A stretch of 64,000 bases of DNA from a virus: the IMG/VR virus record IMGVR_UViG_3300023174_000118, positions 1 through 64,000 of that record. One strand, given 5' to 3'. The notes under the pieces were generated by a model. The model had not been told where the DNA came from, made no database searches, and was given only the letters and a program-made list of their open reading frames with translations. Positions 54,619-63,720 of the stretch are shown one piece after another; position 1 is the stretch's first letter, and each line of letters starts with the position of its first letter. The position numbers and the translations under genes are program-made.

Positions 54619-56526
54619 TTAGAATGCTCCCATAATATTCATTAGTTCTATATCTTTTCCGTTTAATTCAAATGACCCATTGGAATTTATTTCAGCTAAA
54701 ACTGTTCCTGATGAATTTTGCCATTGTGTAAGATCTGCGGTTTGAGAAACTGCGCCTTTAATAATTAATCCAATTGTAGATGCGGCAGGGGTTACAGAAG
54801 CTTGAGTTCCACTTAAATAGTTTCCTATTGATAATGTTCCGCTAGTTTGAAATGAACCATAAGCATTTATAGATGCTGCTATTGAGCCCGTATAATCTTG
54901 CCACTCTTGCATACTGGCAGTTTGTGAAGCAGTTGCTTTAATAACTAAACCTTTATTTGCTGCTGCAACAGTAGTAATTAAAAATCCACCAGTGTCACCA
55001 TTTGTTGTTAACAAAGCTTTGCTTGCTGCTTGAGATGTTAAAGCGGGAAACTTTAAAGTTGCATCTGCTGCCATTGATCCTAATACTGTTGAATATGCCG
55101 AATTTCTAAATTCAAATAAATCTCCTGTTTGACCTGATGCTTGCTGTATTCTCATTGCTGGAAGTCCACTGCTAGATGCTACAAAATATCCTGTTCCAAC
55201 AATATTCATTCCTGAAGATGAATTTGTACCTATATTAAGTTGTCCACCAGAGGTTATGTATCCTAAAAGATAGCCGTCGCTGTTATACCATTGCATTATA
55301 TTATTTAGTCCTGCAACCTTTAAAGTTGCGCTGCCTACATAAGTATCTGAAGTAGTATTTGCGACTGTAATAGATGTAGCTGTTGCTGATAATATTGTTC
55401 CACTTGAAATGTTAAAAGTTGTTGGGTTGGCACCAGTAATACCTACTGTTTCTCCCGCCATTGGAGGAGTAAGGCTAGATCCAGCAAAATTATAAGTTAC
55501 TGTAGTTCCATTTCCTGTAGCAGAAGTAACTGCTGTAGTAAATGCAGGTCTATTTCTAATAGTTAACGGAACACTTCCGCTATGTTTTGATTGCATTGTA
55601 ATTGCTCTATATCCATCCCAATCAAATGGAAGGTTTCCTTCAATTCCTGTTGCATCCCCACCTTGATCTCCTGCACGATATGAAAGTAATTCTATATTTG
55701 CAAGTTGAACAGATGAAGTTGCATGAGTATTTTGCATTGTAATTCTTATATATCCGTCACTACCAATATCTGTTGTTGCAAATATTCTTCTTGTTACCGC
55801 AGATGAAATTCCAGACCAAGTTCCTCTTGAGTTCCAGCTTGAGCCGTTTGAACTTGATTCAAATGTTAAGTTATATGAGGGACTTGGTGATGTATAAGTA
55901 CAAGTAACTCTTAACCATTTATTAAGCATGTAATTAAAATTAAGATTTGAAAATGTCCATCTATAATATGTCGATGGCGGGATAGCAATTACACTATAGT
56001 TTCTTCCATCAAAAGGAGATGAATTAAATGTTGTATTTGTCCAAGTTGTTCCATTTGTAGATGTTTCAAATGCTCCATTTTGAAATCTTAATCTATCAAA
56101 CCAAACATCGTTTGGTAAAAATGAAATATTGTTTGCTGATGCTTGTGCGCTTATATCATTGGTGTCATAAACGCCTGAAGTGTAAAGTTTTCCAGTAAAT
56201 GTATTATCTACGTTTAATAATGCTACGTTAGATGGAGTTAAACCTTGAATTCCTTGAGTACCTTGAGTTCCCGTAGTTCCTTGAGTTCCCGTCGTTCCTT
56301 GAAGTTGATTAAATCCTCCGCCTTGTAAACCCTGAACACCTTGAGTTCCTTGAACGGATCCCGCAATACCTTGAATACCTTGACCAGTTAAACCTTGGGT
56401 TCCCTGTAATCCCTGAACGGTACCAACAGATTGCCATGTTGTACCATTCCATAACCATGTACGACCTAAATATGTGTATGTGCTTACACCTGACGTTAAG
56501 CCTGTTGTTGGAAAATTAATTGGCAT
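54619..56526 (-). CDS. collagen-like tail fibre with discoidin-like and repeated SQTADL.EWQ modules
   Basis: G-X-Q triplets; three to four copies of IK...SQTADL.QWQNS..G.VLA.I. Confidence 0.75.
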   Translation of the reverse strand: MPINFPTTGLTSGVSTYTYLGRTWLWNGTTWQSVGTVQGLQGTQGLTGQGIQGIAGSVQGTQGVQGLQGGGFNQLQGTTGTQGTTGTQGTQGIQGLTPSNVALLNVDNTFTGKLYTSGVYDTNDISAQASANNISFLPNDVWFDRLRFQNGAFETSTNGTTWTNTTFNSSPFDGRNYSVIAIPPSTYYRWTFSNLNFNYMLNKWLRVTCTYTSPSPSYNLTFESSSNGSSWNSRGTWSGISSAVTRRIFATTDIGSDGYIRITMQNTHATSSVQLANIELLSYRAGDQGGDATGIEGNLPFDWDGYRAITMQSKHSGSVPLTIRNRPAFTTAVTSATGNGTTVTYNFAGSSLTPPMAGETVGITGANPTTFNISSGTILSATATSITVANTTSDTYVGSATLKVAGLNNIMQWYNSDGYLLGYITSGGQLNIGTNSSSGMNIVGTGYFVASSSGLPAMRIQQASGQTGDLFEFRNSAYSTVLGSMAADATLKFPALTSQAASKALLTTNGDTGGFLITTVAAANKGLVIKATASQTASMQEWQDYTGSIAASINAYGSFQTSGTLSIGNYLSGTQASVTPAASTIGLIIKGAVSQTADLTQWQNSSGTVLAEINSNGSFELNGKDIELMNIMGAF

Positions 56527-57800
56527 TAGATGTTAAACCTTCCTCTTACTGCATTAAAATTTTGTAGAACTTCAGCAGCTGACAATGCTTTATTATACTG
56601 TCTTATATGTCCTATTTTACCAGCAAATCGATCTATACCCGTTCCAATTCTTTGTCCTAAATATATTGGGCTTGTTGGTGAGCTAAATCCTGTTCCTGAA
56701 AGTGTTGTTGTTGCTGTTTGTGTGCCATTTACATAAACCCTTAAAATACTATTTGGCCAATCATAAACGGCAGTTACATGTGACCATGCATTTACTGTTG
56801 CGCTTGATCCAGCGGTAATGCCTGTTGTTCCATTATAAGCAGCAATAAACCAAGAAGGTGTGGGTCCCAAGCTACTTAATCTAATAGCATATGGGTATCC
56901 TACTGTTCCACTATAATTCCATTTTTCTAATATTACTGCTTCACCAGAGTTTGCTCCGCCCGAACCATTTGGTTGATTAGAATATGGGTATGCTGTAAAA
57001 TCAATTGAATATGCAGCGGCCTCTGAAAAATTTATTGAAGTAGCATTTGGAACTGTACCTACATCAGTAGTTGAGTTTCCATCCCATTCAAAGTATCCCT
57101 GCTCATTAAAATATGGCATATTTAAAGTAGCATTATTTGAATTGCCCGAAAGGTCATTCCAAGTGTTGCTTCTATTTATTACAGCTCCAGTAGTTGGAGT
57201 ATATGGTCCTGGAAAAACTCCTCTTTCAAGTTGAGGTCCCCATAAATAACAATTTGTTCCACCACCTAAAGCTGTATAATAAGTTGGGGCAATTGAGCCA
57301 GTACTTCCAGCAAATGTACTCCAAAATCTATACCAACCATTTCCACAATTAATGGAACCAGAGTTAATTATGTTGCTTCCGACAGATGTAACTGTTCCAC
57401 CATTACAATCAACAGTCATCAATCTATTATTTCCTGGATCTACCCAAATTGATCCATTATTACCTGAACGTGGGGAATTTCCATAAATACTCATAACATA
57501 AATTTTGCCAGAAGCTGGGACACCTGATGTATAGTTTGAGTATGGCCCTACATATTGACCGCCTGCCGCCCACTGAACGCTAGTCTGTGTTCCATCTGGA
57601 GCATTAGAATAATTAAATGTAGGAGTCCATCCATTTATTGGAGGGTAGTACGTTGTGTTACCAAAATACCCAGGTCCGCTGGTGGGAATTAAATTTTCTG
57701 AACCATCATAACTTTGTTTTACAGAAGCATCAAGATTTAATACTAAATTATCTCTTACGTAATTTTTTCCTTGTCCAGCAAATCCAATAACCGCTGTCAT
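56526..57800 (-). CDS. LamG/concanavalin-like carbohydrate-binding virion protein
   Basis: LVLNLDA, WNDLSGNSNNATL, WSHVTAVY and YNKALSAAEVLQNFNA motifs; inserted module ending LWGPQLE. Confidence 0.8.
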   Translation of the reverse strand: MTAVIGFAGQGKNYVRDNLVLNLDASVKQSYDGSENLIPTSGPGYFGNTTYYPPINGWTPTFNYSNAPDGTQTSVQWAAGGQYVGPYSNYTSGVPASGKIYVMSIYGNSPRSGNNGSIWVDPGNNRLMTVDCNGGTVTSVGSNIINSGSINCGNGWYRFWSTFAGSTGSIAPTYYTALGGGTNCYLWGPQLERGVFPGPYTPTTGAVINRSNTWNDLSGNSNNATLNMPYFNEQGYFEWDGNSTTDVGTVPNATSINFSEAAAYSIDFTAYPYSNQPNGSGGANSGEAVILEKWNYSGTVGYPYAIRLSSLGPTPSWFIAAYNGTTGITAGSSATVNAWSHVTAVYDWPNSILRVYVNGTQTATTTLSGTGFSSPTSPIYLGQRIGTGIDRFAGKIGHIRQYNKALSAAEVLQNFNAVRGRFNI

Positions 57801-59269
57801 TAGCTCAACCCCGAACCAGATATAACAAAAACATTAGAGGCAACACATAAAATACTTGTTAAGCCGTATTGGGATAATGTTCTATTTCCAAAGCTTGAAG
57901 TGCCTGCAAGTCTTAATGTTACACCGCTTCCTTGTGTTATAGTTTGGCTGGAGGATGAGTTGTTGTAAATCATAATATTATCACCTGAGCTAAATGTTGA
58001 AGAAGGAACTGTTACTCCACCTGTTGTGATGGAAACATGTTTACCTACGTCTGCTAATGCTAGAGTATATGAGGCTGTCTGTGCATTCTGTGGAATTGTA
58101 GGTGGACCATAAATACCTTGAATTCCTTGAATTCCTTGAAGCCCAGTCAAATTATTATAAGGCTCAAACCATTGAGTTCCACTCCACACATAAAGTCTTG
58201 AATCTTCTGTATTTAGCCACGCTAGTCCTTGTAATGGAGAAACTGGTGCTGTTGCACTTGTTATATAAGTTCCTTGGGTTCCAAGAATACCTTGGATTCC
58301 CTGCACACCCTGTGTGCCTTGAAAACCTTGTAGCCCTGTAACTCCTTGAGACCCTATAGATCCTTGTGTACCCTGTGCACCTTGCACACCCTGTGTGCCT
58401 TGAATACCTTGTAACCCTGTAACTCCTTGAGATCCTACAACCCCTTGAAGTCCCGTTGTTCCCTGTACACCAGATGCAAATGTAATTAAAACTAATTGAT
58501 GATTATTTGGAAAACCAGTTACACCAATTCCACCTGCTCCAATGTAGGAAACTGGAATTTGAACATAAGTATTATTTCCAATATCTGGTGTTCCAGTTAT
58601 TTTAAATTGTTGATAATTATCAGAATTATTTGCATCTTGTACATAAATTTTATCTTCTTGTTTTAATATTGCAAGAAATAAATCAATATCAATATTATCT
58701 GATGTTAAATGATTAACATATAAACTTGTTGCAGAAGTTTGAGTTGCATTATTCCATCTTAATTTTCCATCGGCTGGTTGTGAATTTGTTTGTGAGTTTG
58801 CATCTGCTTTGTAATTAAAATATGAAGAAGAGCTTCCACTAGCTCCTGTTATTCCTTGTACTCCCTGTGTTCCAGTTGCACCCTGCGCTCCTTGAATACC
58901 TTGAGTGCCTTGAATACCTAATAAACCTTGTGTACCTTGTACGCCTTGTGCACCTTGAAGACCTTGCACACCTTGTGTGCCTTGATTACCAAGCAATCCT
59001 TGAGTTCCTTGTGTACCCTGTGCACCTTGCACACCCTGTGTGCCTTGTATGCCAATTAATCCTTGAATACCAGTTGTGCCCTGTACTCCTTGAACTCCTT
59101 GTACGCCTTGTCTACCCTGAGTTCCTTGAGTTCCTTGAGTTCCTTGAGGACCTGGGTGTGTAGTTAAATAATCATCTATGTCTTGAGCTAGCAAACCCAT
59201 GTCTCTTGGAACATCTGGAGACATGTCAAGAGTTGGATATCTAAAATTTTTAGCAGTACTGTTGCTCAT
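57800..59269 (-). CDS. collagen-like fibre protein
   Basis: Two long (G-X-Q)n tracts separated by a globular domain; C-terminal QNAQTASYTL...VISGSGLS tip. Confidence 0.85.
   Translation of the reverse strand: MSNSTAKNFRYPTLDMSPDVPRDMGLLAQDIDDYLTTHPGPQGTQGTQGTQGRQGVQGVQGVQGTTGIQGLIGIQGTQGVQGAQGTQGTQGLLGNQGTQGVQGLQGAQGVQGTQGLLGIQGTQGIQGAQGATGTQGVQGITGASGSSSSYFNYKADANSQTNSQPADGKLRWNNATQTSATSLYVNHLTSDNIDIDLFLAILKQEDKIYVQDANNSDNYQQFKITGTPDIGNNTYVQIPVSYIGAGGIGVTGFPNNHQLVLITFASGVQGTTGLQGVVGSQGVTGLQGIQGTQGVQGAQGTQGSIGSQGVTGLQGFQGTQGVQGIQGILGTQGTYITSATAPVSPLQGLAWLNTEDSRLYVWSGTQWFEPYNNLTGLQGIQGIQGIYGPPTIPQNAQTASYTLALADVGKHVSITTGGVTVPSSTFSSGDNIMIYNNSSSSQTITQGSGVTLRLAGTSSFGNRTLSQYGLTSILCVASNVFVISGSGLS
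58845..59157 (-). repeat. 9-bp periodic collagen-coding repeat (G-X-Q)n
   Basis: ccttg/ccctg periodicity on the + strand; a second tract lies at about 58270-58470. Confidence 0.9.
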
Positions 59270-59360
59270 TTTTATATTATAGCATTATCGAGATTATAAG
59301 CCTTTTATATAAGACTAACTACAATGCCATTCCTTTCATTAAAATTAATGGTAAAACTGA

Positions 59361-60032
59361 CTATTTAACCCAGATCATCCCTACATCTGCTGTTTGTCTA
59401 AGATTATACTCTAGCCACCCGCCGTTTTCCCAATCATTTTTAGTATCCTCAATCCAAGCGGGCAAAGTATCAAACAAAGACATAGAGCGATATTCTGCAG
59501 GCTCTACTAAATGATCAGTAATATACTGAAGAGCAAACTCTGTATAACCATTAATTTCTTTAAGACGTTTTAATTGTTCTACGTGTTGATCTAAAGTAAA
59601 TAAACTCCATTCAAAACATAATTGTTTTGGCTTGCAAGTCATTCCGTTAAACACTTGAGACTCTGCACCTTCAACATCTATTTTAACTAAATCTGGTAAT
59701 CCATATTTTTCTACAAGCCTGTCTATTGTGCAAGTAGTAGCATTAATAGTTCTAAATTCTTTTCCTTTATATAAAGCGTTTTCTCCAGTAAGCCATGACT
59801 TTTCTATTGTAGAAAGGCCATCTTCTACACATTCATAAAATTCAATCTTTTTACCATTAGAATCAGATACGGCATACTTAAGCGGAATAACCTTTTGGTC
59901 ATTCTTAAAATTATTATAAAGCATATAAAACATTTTTGGGGCGGGCTCTAAAGCAATTATTTTATCAAATCCTTTTTGAAGTCCTGCATATACTGCATCT
60001 CCTCTATTAGCACCAATATCAAATAATAACAT
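59361..60032 (-). CDS. FkbM-family methyltransferase
   Basis: FDIGANRG, IALEP and LVKIDVEGAE motifs. Confidence 0.92.
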   Translation of the reverse strand: MLLFDIGANRGDAVYAGLQKGFDKIIALEPAPKMFYMLYNNFKNDQKVIPLKYAVSDSNGKKIEFYECVEDGLSTIEKSWLTGENALYKGKEFRTINATTCTIDRLVEKYGLPDLVKIDVEGAESQVFNGMTCKPKQLCFEWSLFTLDQHVEQLKRLKEINGYTEFALQYITDHLVEPAEYRSMSLFDTLPAWIEDTKNDWENGGWLEYNLRQTADVGMIWVK

Positions 60033-60591
60033 TTTTACCCATTTTTTCTAAATTATATCTGACTGTATTCTTGTAATCTTCTCTTATATCTTGTTGTAAT
60101 AATTGAGTAAAGATATTTAATGATTCATCTTCTCTTCCTATCCACCATCCCGATACAGCTTTTTCAAAAGATAAAACATACATTCCAGGAAAATCTACAT
60201 CTACTGGTAAAGGATCCATATCTTGATTAAACATTAATCCTATTTCAGCAAATGTATATGACTCCTGCCATTTTTGTGATCTTTCATAAAACCTAGACAT
60301 TAAAAAGTATGCTTCTGGTCTGTTGGGTAAATATTGTATTGCTTGTAGTATTACGTTGCTTACTGTATGTTCCCGCCCAGACTGGTCTTCAAAGCAATGA
60401 GACATTCTTAACAATGAAGCATATACTATTTCTGGATGAGTCTCATGACCATATTCTGCTGCTCTTAAATAAAATGAAACGGCAGAAGCAGTTTGTCCTA
60501 ATTGCTCATACTTAATGGCAATATTAAAGTTATGTTCTGGATTAAGCATATCATGAGAAACAGTCTCAATTAATTCTTCAATTGAATTCAT
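60019..60591 (-). CDS. TPR-repeat protein
   Basis: AVSFYLRAAE and AIQYLPNRPEAYFLMSRFYE TPR-like helices. Confidence 0.75.
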   Translation of the reverse strand: MNSIEELIETVSHDMLNPEHNFNIAIKYEQLGQTASAVSFYLRAAEYGHETHPEIVYASLLRMSHCFEDQSGREHTVSNVILQAIQYLPNRPEAYFLMSRFYERSQKWQESYTFAEIGLMFNQDMDPLPVDVDFPGMYVLSFEKAVSGWWIGREDESLNIFTQLLQQDIREDYKNTVRYNLEKMGKNVII

Positions 60592-61588
60592 TTAGTAAAG
60601 CTTCCGCTATCATCTCTTCAACTACAATATTTGGCACCTTAAGCACAAATGCTGCATTGTCTTGAAATCCAAAAGATATCAATAAGTCATTATTGTATAC
60701 TGCTGCTCCTGCAGCAAATTCAATACGTGCATCTAAAAATGAAAATGCTTTGTGAGACATTCCAACAAGATTTAAATCGTCATCCCATACACATAGTCTG
60801 TGACGATATACACCATCTTTTTGACTAAGGTAGTTATTAAATAAGTTTGCCTCATGGGTTATAGATAGATATAGATTATTCCAGCGAATTAGTTGGCTTC
60901 CGCCTCTTTGATCAGCAGGAACTTTTATATTCTCAGTATGAGATATTTGATCACATCTGGCGGGAAGATCTGGATAAGTTCTTACAATCTCTGCTGGAGA
61001 AGTCCATTTAACAAAATGATAGGGCTTGTCTAATATTGGATACCAATTCTTTTCACAGTATGAATCATCTTTCCCAGGAGCTGGTATTCTAATACGGGAT
61101 ACTTCTTTTGCAGACCAATTAGATTTATCTAATTCTATCTTGCATAATTCCATTCTGCCCACGCCATTTGTTGTTGTATCTCTTCTTACTCCGATACAAT
61201 AATAGTCCCCGTCCCATTGAACAAGGCGGGCATCCTCAAGACCTACAAACTCCCATAAAGGTTCTACATCTAATTTACTAGTATCAATAACAGTATGATC
61301 TGTCATTACAAGGTCTTTATCTAATCTAACAATATAATTAGTTGTACGCAAATGCATATCTTTTTCTGGATGTAGATATGATAATGGTCCCCATCTTGAT
61401 GGAAACTTTTGAGTATTTTCAGAATGATATAGAGTATAATTTACATGTCTAAGGTTGACTAGTATTTCTCCGTCATTATCTACAAAGATGGAAGGATTCA
61501 TTAATCCAGTCCCAGATGTAAGACCTTTAGATATAACTAATGGCGCTAATTTACCGCCGTTGGACACGGCTCTTTGGACTAGGTTCAT
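60578..61588 (-). CDS. five-bladed beta-propeller glycoside hydrolase/phosphorylase-like protein (GH130/GH43-like fold)
   Basis: MNPSI, GLEDARL, EKNW, RGGS and IEFAAG...LLISFG motifs. Confidence 0.75.
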   Translation of the reverse strand: MNLVQRAVSNGGKLAPLVISKGLTSGTGLMNPSIFVDNDGEILVNLRHVNYTLYHSENTQKFPSRWGPLSYLHPEKDMHLRTTNYIVRLDKDLVMTDHTVIDTSKLDVEPLWEFVGLEDARLVQWDGDYYCIGVRRDTTTNGVGRMELCKIELDKSNWSAKEVSRIRIPAPGKDDSYCEKNWYPILDKPYHFVKWTSPAEIVRTYPDLPARCDQISHTENIKVPADQRGGSQLIRWNNLYLSITHEANLFNNYLSQKDGVYRHRLCVWDDDLNLVGMSHKAFSFLDARIEFAAGAAVYNNDLLISFGFQDNAAFVLKVPNIVVEEMIAEALLNEFN

Positions 61589-61602
61589 CTACTGATTATA
61601 TC

Positions 61603-61893
61603 TTATTCAGTAGGGTTTTGTAAAGACACCTGTGCAGCAAGTGCTGCAATTTCTTCTTGAGTTAATCCTGCTGCAATTAATTTATCATTTGCTGCTTGAG
61701 CTGGATCAATTTCAACAGGTTCTGGTTGTACAAATTTACCTGTTTCTTCATCATATGTCCAGCCAATTCCTGCTGGATTTTCAGATGTATATTCAATTAA
61801 AGTTGCATGTAAAACATTTGATGCATCTTCTACATCATCTGCAACTATTACATTACTTACTGTGTTGCCACTCATTACTGCATATGTTCCCAT
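61603..61893 (-). CDS. small fibre-associated (chaperone-like) protein
   Basis: VSNVIVAD...AGIGWTYD...F motif typical of genes following Gly-rich fibres. Confidence 0.7.
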   Translation of the reverse strand: MGTYAVMSGNTVSNVIVADDVEDASNVLHATLIEYTSENPAGIGWTYDEETGKFVQPEPVEIDPAQAANDKLIAAGLTQEEIAALAAQVSLQNPTE

Positions 61894-61902
61894 TTTATCT
61901 CC

Positions 61903-62763
61903 TTAGTAGTATAAATAAACAATTCCGTTTCCGCCAGTTCCTGATGTGCCGTTAGCAGGACAAGCACCGCCTCCGCCACCGCCTGCGCCGCCGTTGCCTG
62001 CAGTTGTTCCTAAAGCATTAGATCCAACACCCGTAAAACCGCCTCCGCCGCCGCCTGCTCCAAAACCTGCTCCTGTGCCTGATGAACTAGTACCGCCTGC
62101 GCCGCCTCTTCCTGATCCTCCAGCGCCGCCAGTTCCTAATCCTGATGCTGTTAATGCGCCTCCACCGCCTCCGACAAGTCCTGAACCGCCTGCTCCAGCA
62201 TTACCATTACCAATATTGCCACCACCGCCACCGCCTGAAGCACCAGAACCACCTGCAATAGGTGTTGCGCCACTTGTTACTGCATTTCCACCTCCGCCTG
62301 CATAACTATTTCCACCATTACTGCCACCAGGTGCTCCTGTGTAAGAAGTGCCTCCACCTGTTGAGCCACCTGTTCCGCCTCCGCCTCCGCCTCCGCCAGT
62401 TCCTACTGATCCAATAGGTGTAATTGATCCTTGACCACCAGCACCTCCGCCACCAATAACCATTCCATAAACACTTGGACTACCAGCATTAGAACCCACA
62501 GAAGCCGTACCACCTGCACCGCCAGTTCCAACAGTTACTGTGTTAGAAATATAAGTCCACCCAGCAGAATATCCTCCTGCGCCGCCGCCACCTGCTCCAG
62601 TGACTGCATATCCTCCACCGCCGCCGCCGCCAATGCAAATTGCATAAACTCTATTAATTCCTGCGGGAATGGTAACAGGACCTGATATAGTAAAAGTTTG
62701 TTGCAACTTTAAACCATAAGGTGAGTCGCTAAACTTTGAATTTGAATATATATCTACGCTCAT
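61903..62763 (-). CDS. glycine-rich adhesin/fibre-tip protein
   Basis: PYGLKLQQ..VTIPAG..VYAICIGGGG, polyglycine motifs, ends GNGIVYLYY. Confidence 0.85.
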   Translation of the reverse strand: MSVDIYSNSKFSDSPYGLKLQQTFTISGPVTIPAGINRVYAICIGGGGGGGYAVTGAGGGGAGGYSAGWTYISNTVTVGTGGAGGTASVGSNAGSPSVYGMVIGGGGAGGQGSITPIGSVGTGGGGGGGGTGGSTGGGTSYTGAPGGSNGGNSYAGGGGNAVTSGATPIAGGSGASGGGGGGNIGNGNAGAGGSGLVGGGGGALTASGLGTGGAGGSGRGGAGGTSSSGTGAGFGAGGGGGGFTGVGSNALGTTAGNGGAGGGGGGACPANGTSGTGGNGIVYLYY

Positions 62764-62790
62764 GTTATCTCCATTTTATATCTTATTATA

Positions 62791-63711
62791 TCAGTAAAAT
62801 AGGTAAAGTATACCTGCTCCACCTGATGAACCACCACCGCCGCCGCCTGCACCGCCGCCGCCAAGACCGCCAGTACCGCCAGAGGCACCTGATGCGTTAA
62901 TACCATTGCCAGCGATTCCAGCACCGCCACCGCCTGCACCCAGTCCAATTCCTGATGTACCTGTGCCACCAGTAGTTATTGCCCCAGTTAAAATGTTTAT
63001 TCCGTTACCACCGTTACCGCCTGTACGAATTCCCGTTGTTGAAGAAGCACGACCGCCACCGCCGCCTGCCAAACCTGACCCACCATTACCGCCTGTATTG
63101 GTTTGACTTCCTGGAAAATATGTTGAACCGCCTCCGCCTCCAGAGATTCCATCCCCACCATTACCCGCCGTTGCTACTGCGTTTGTTCCACCACCGCCAC
63201 TACCACCACTACCGCTATTTATTATAGTCACTACGTTTGCTGTTACGGCTGCTCCACCAGGCATACCCCAATAATTTGTAGCGCCTGCTCCTGAATTAGC
63301 ATCTGGTAATCCTCCTGATCCTCCACCGCCAAGAAATGCTCCGCCGCCTTGACCACCTCCGCCACCGCCTGCTATTATGTTTCCATATTGTGTGTATCCT
63401 CCGCTAGTCTGTGTTCCTCCACCTGAACCTACAACACAAGAAGAAACTGCAATAGTCCAACCCCAAGCAATTCCACCTGCTCCACCTGGCGAATTACCAC
63501 TAGCTCCGCCGCCGCCGCCTGCTGCGATAGCATAAACAAATGTAATATTGGCGGGAATTGTAACAGATCCGCTAGATGTAATTACTTGTTGACATTTTAA
63601 TCCATAAGGATTTACAAAAGATGTAAATGATGTAGGAGTATTACTACTATTAGCAGTATGCCAATTAGACACTTGTGTGCCTGATTTATTTTTTCCAAAT
63701 ACATTTGTCAT
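62791..63711 (-). CDS. glycine-rich adhesin/fibre-tip protein (paralog)
   Basis: PYGLKCQQ..VTIPAN..VYAIAAGGGG, ends GAGILYLFY. Confidence 0.85.
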   Translation of the reverse strand: MTNVFGKNKSGTQVSNWHTANSSNTPTSFTSFVNPYGLKCQQVITSSGSVTIPANITFVYAIAAGGGGGASGNSPGGAGGIAWGWTIAVSSCVVGSGGGTQTSGGYTQYGNIIAGGGGGGQGGGAFLGGGGSGGLPDANSGAGATNYWGMPGGAAVTANVVTIINSGSGGSGGGGTNAVATAGNGGDGISGGGGGSTYFPGSQTNTGGNGGSGLAGGGGGRASSTTGIRTGGNGGNGINILTGAITTGGTGTSGIGLGAGGGGAGIAGNGINASGASGGTGGLGGGGAGGGGGGSSGGAGILYLFY

Positions 63712-63720
63712 ACATACTCC

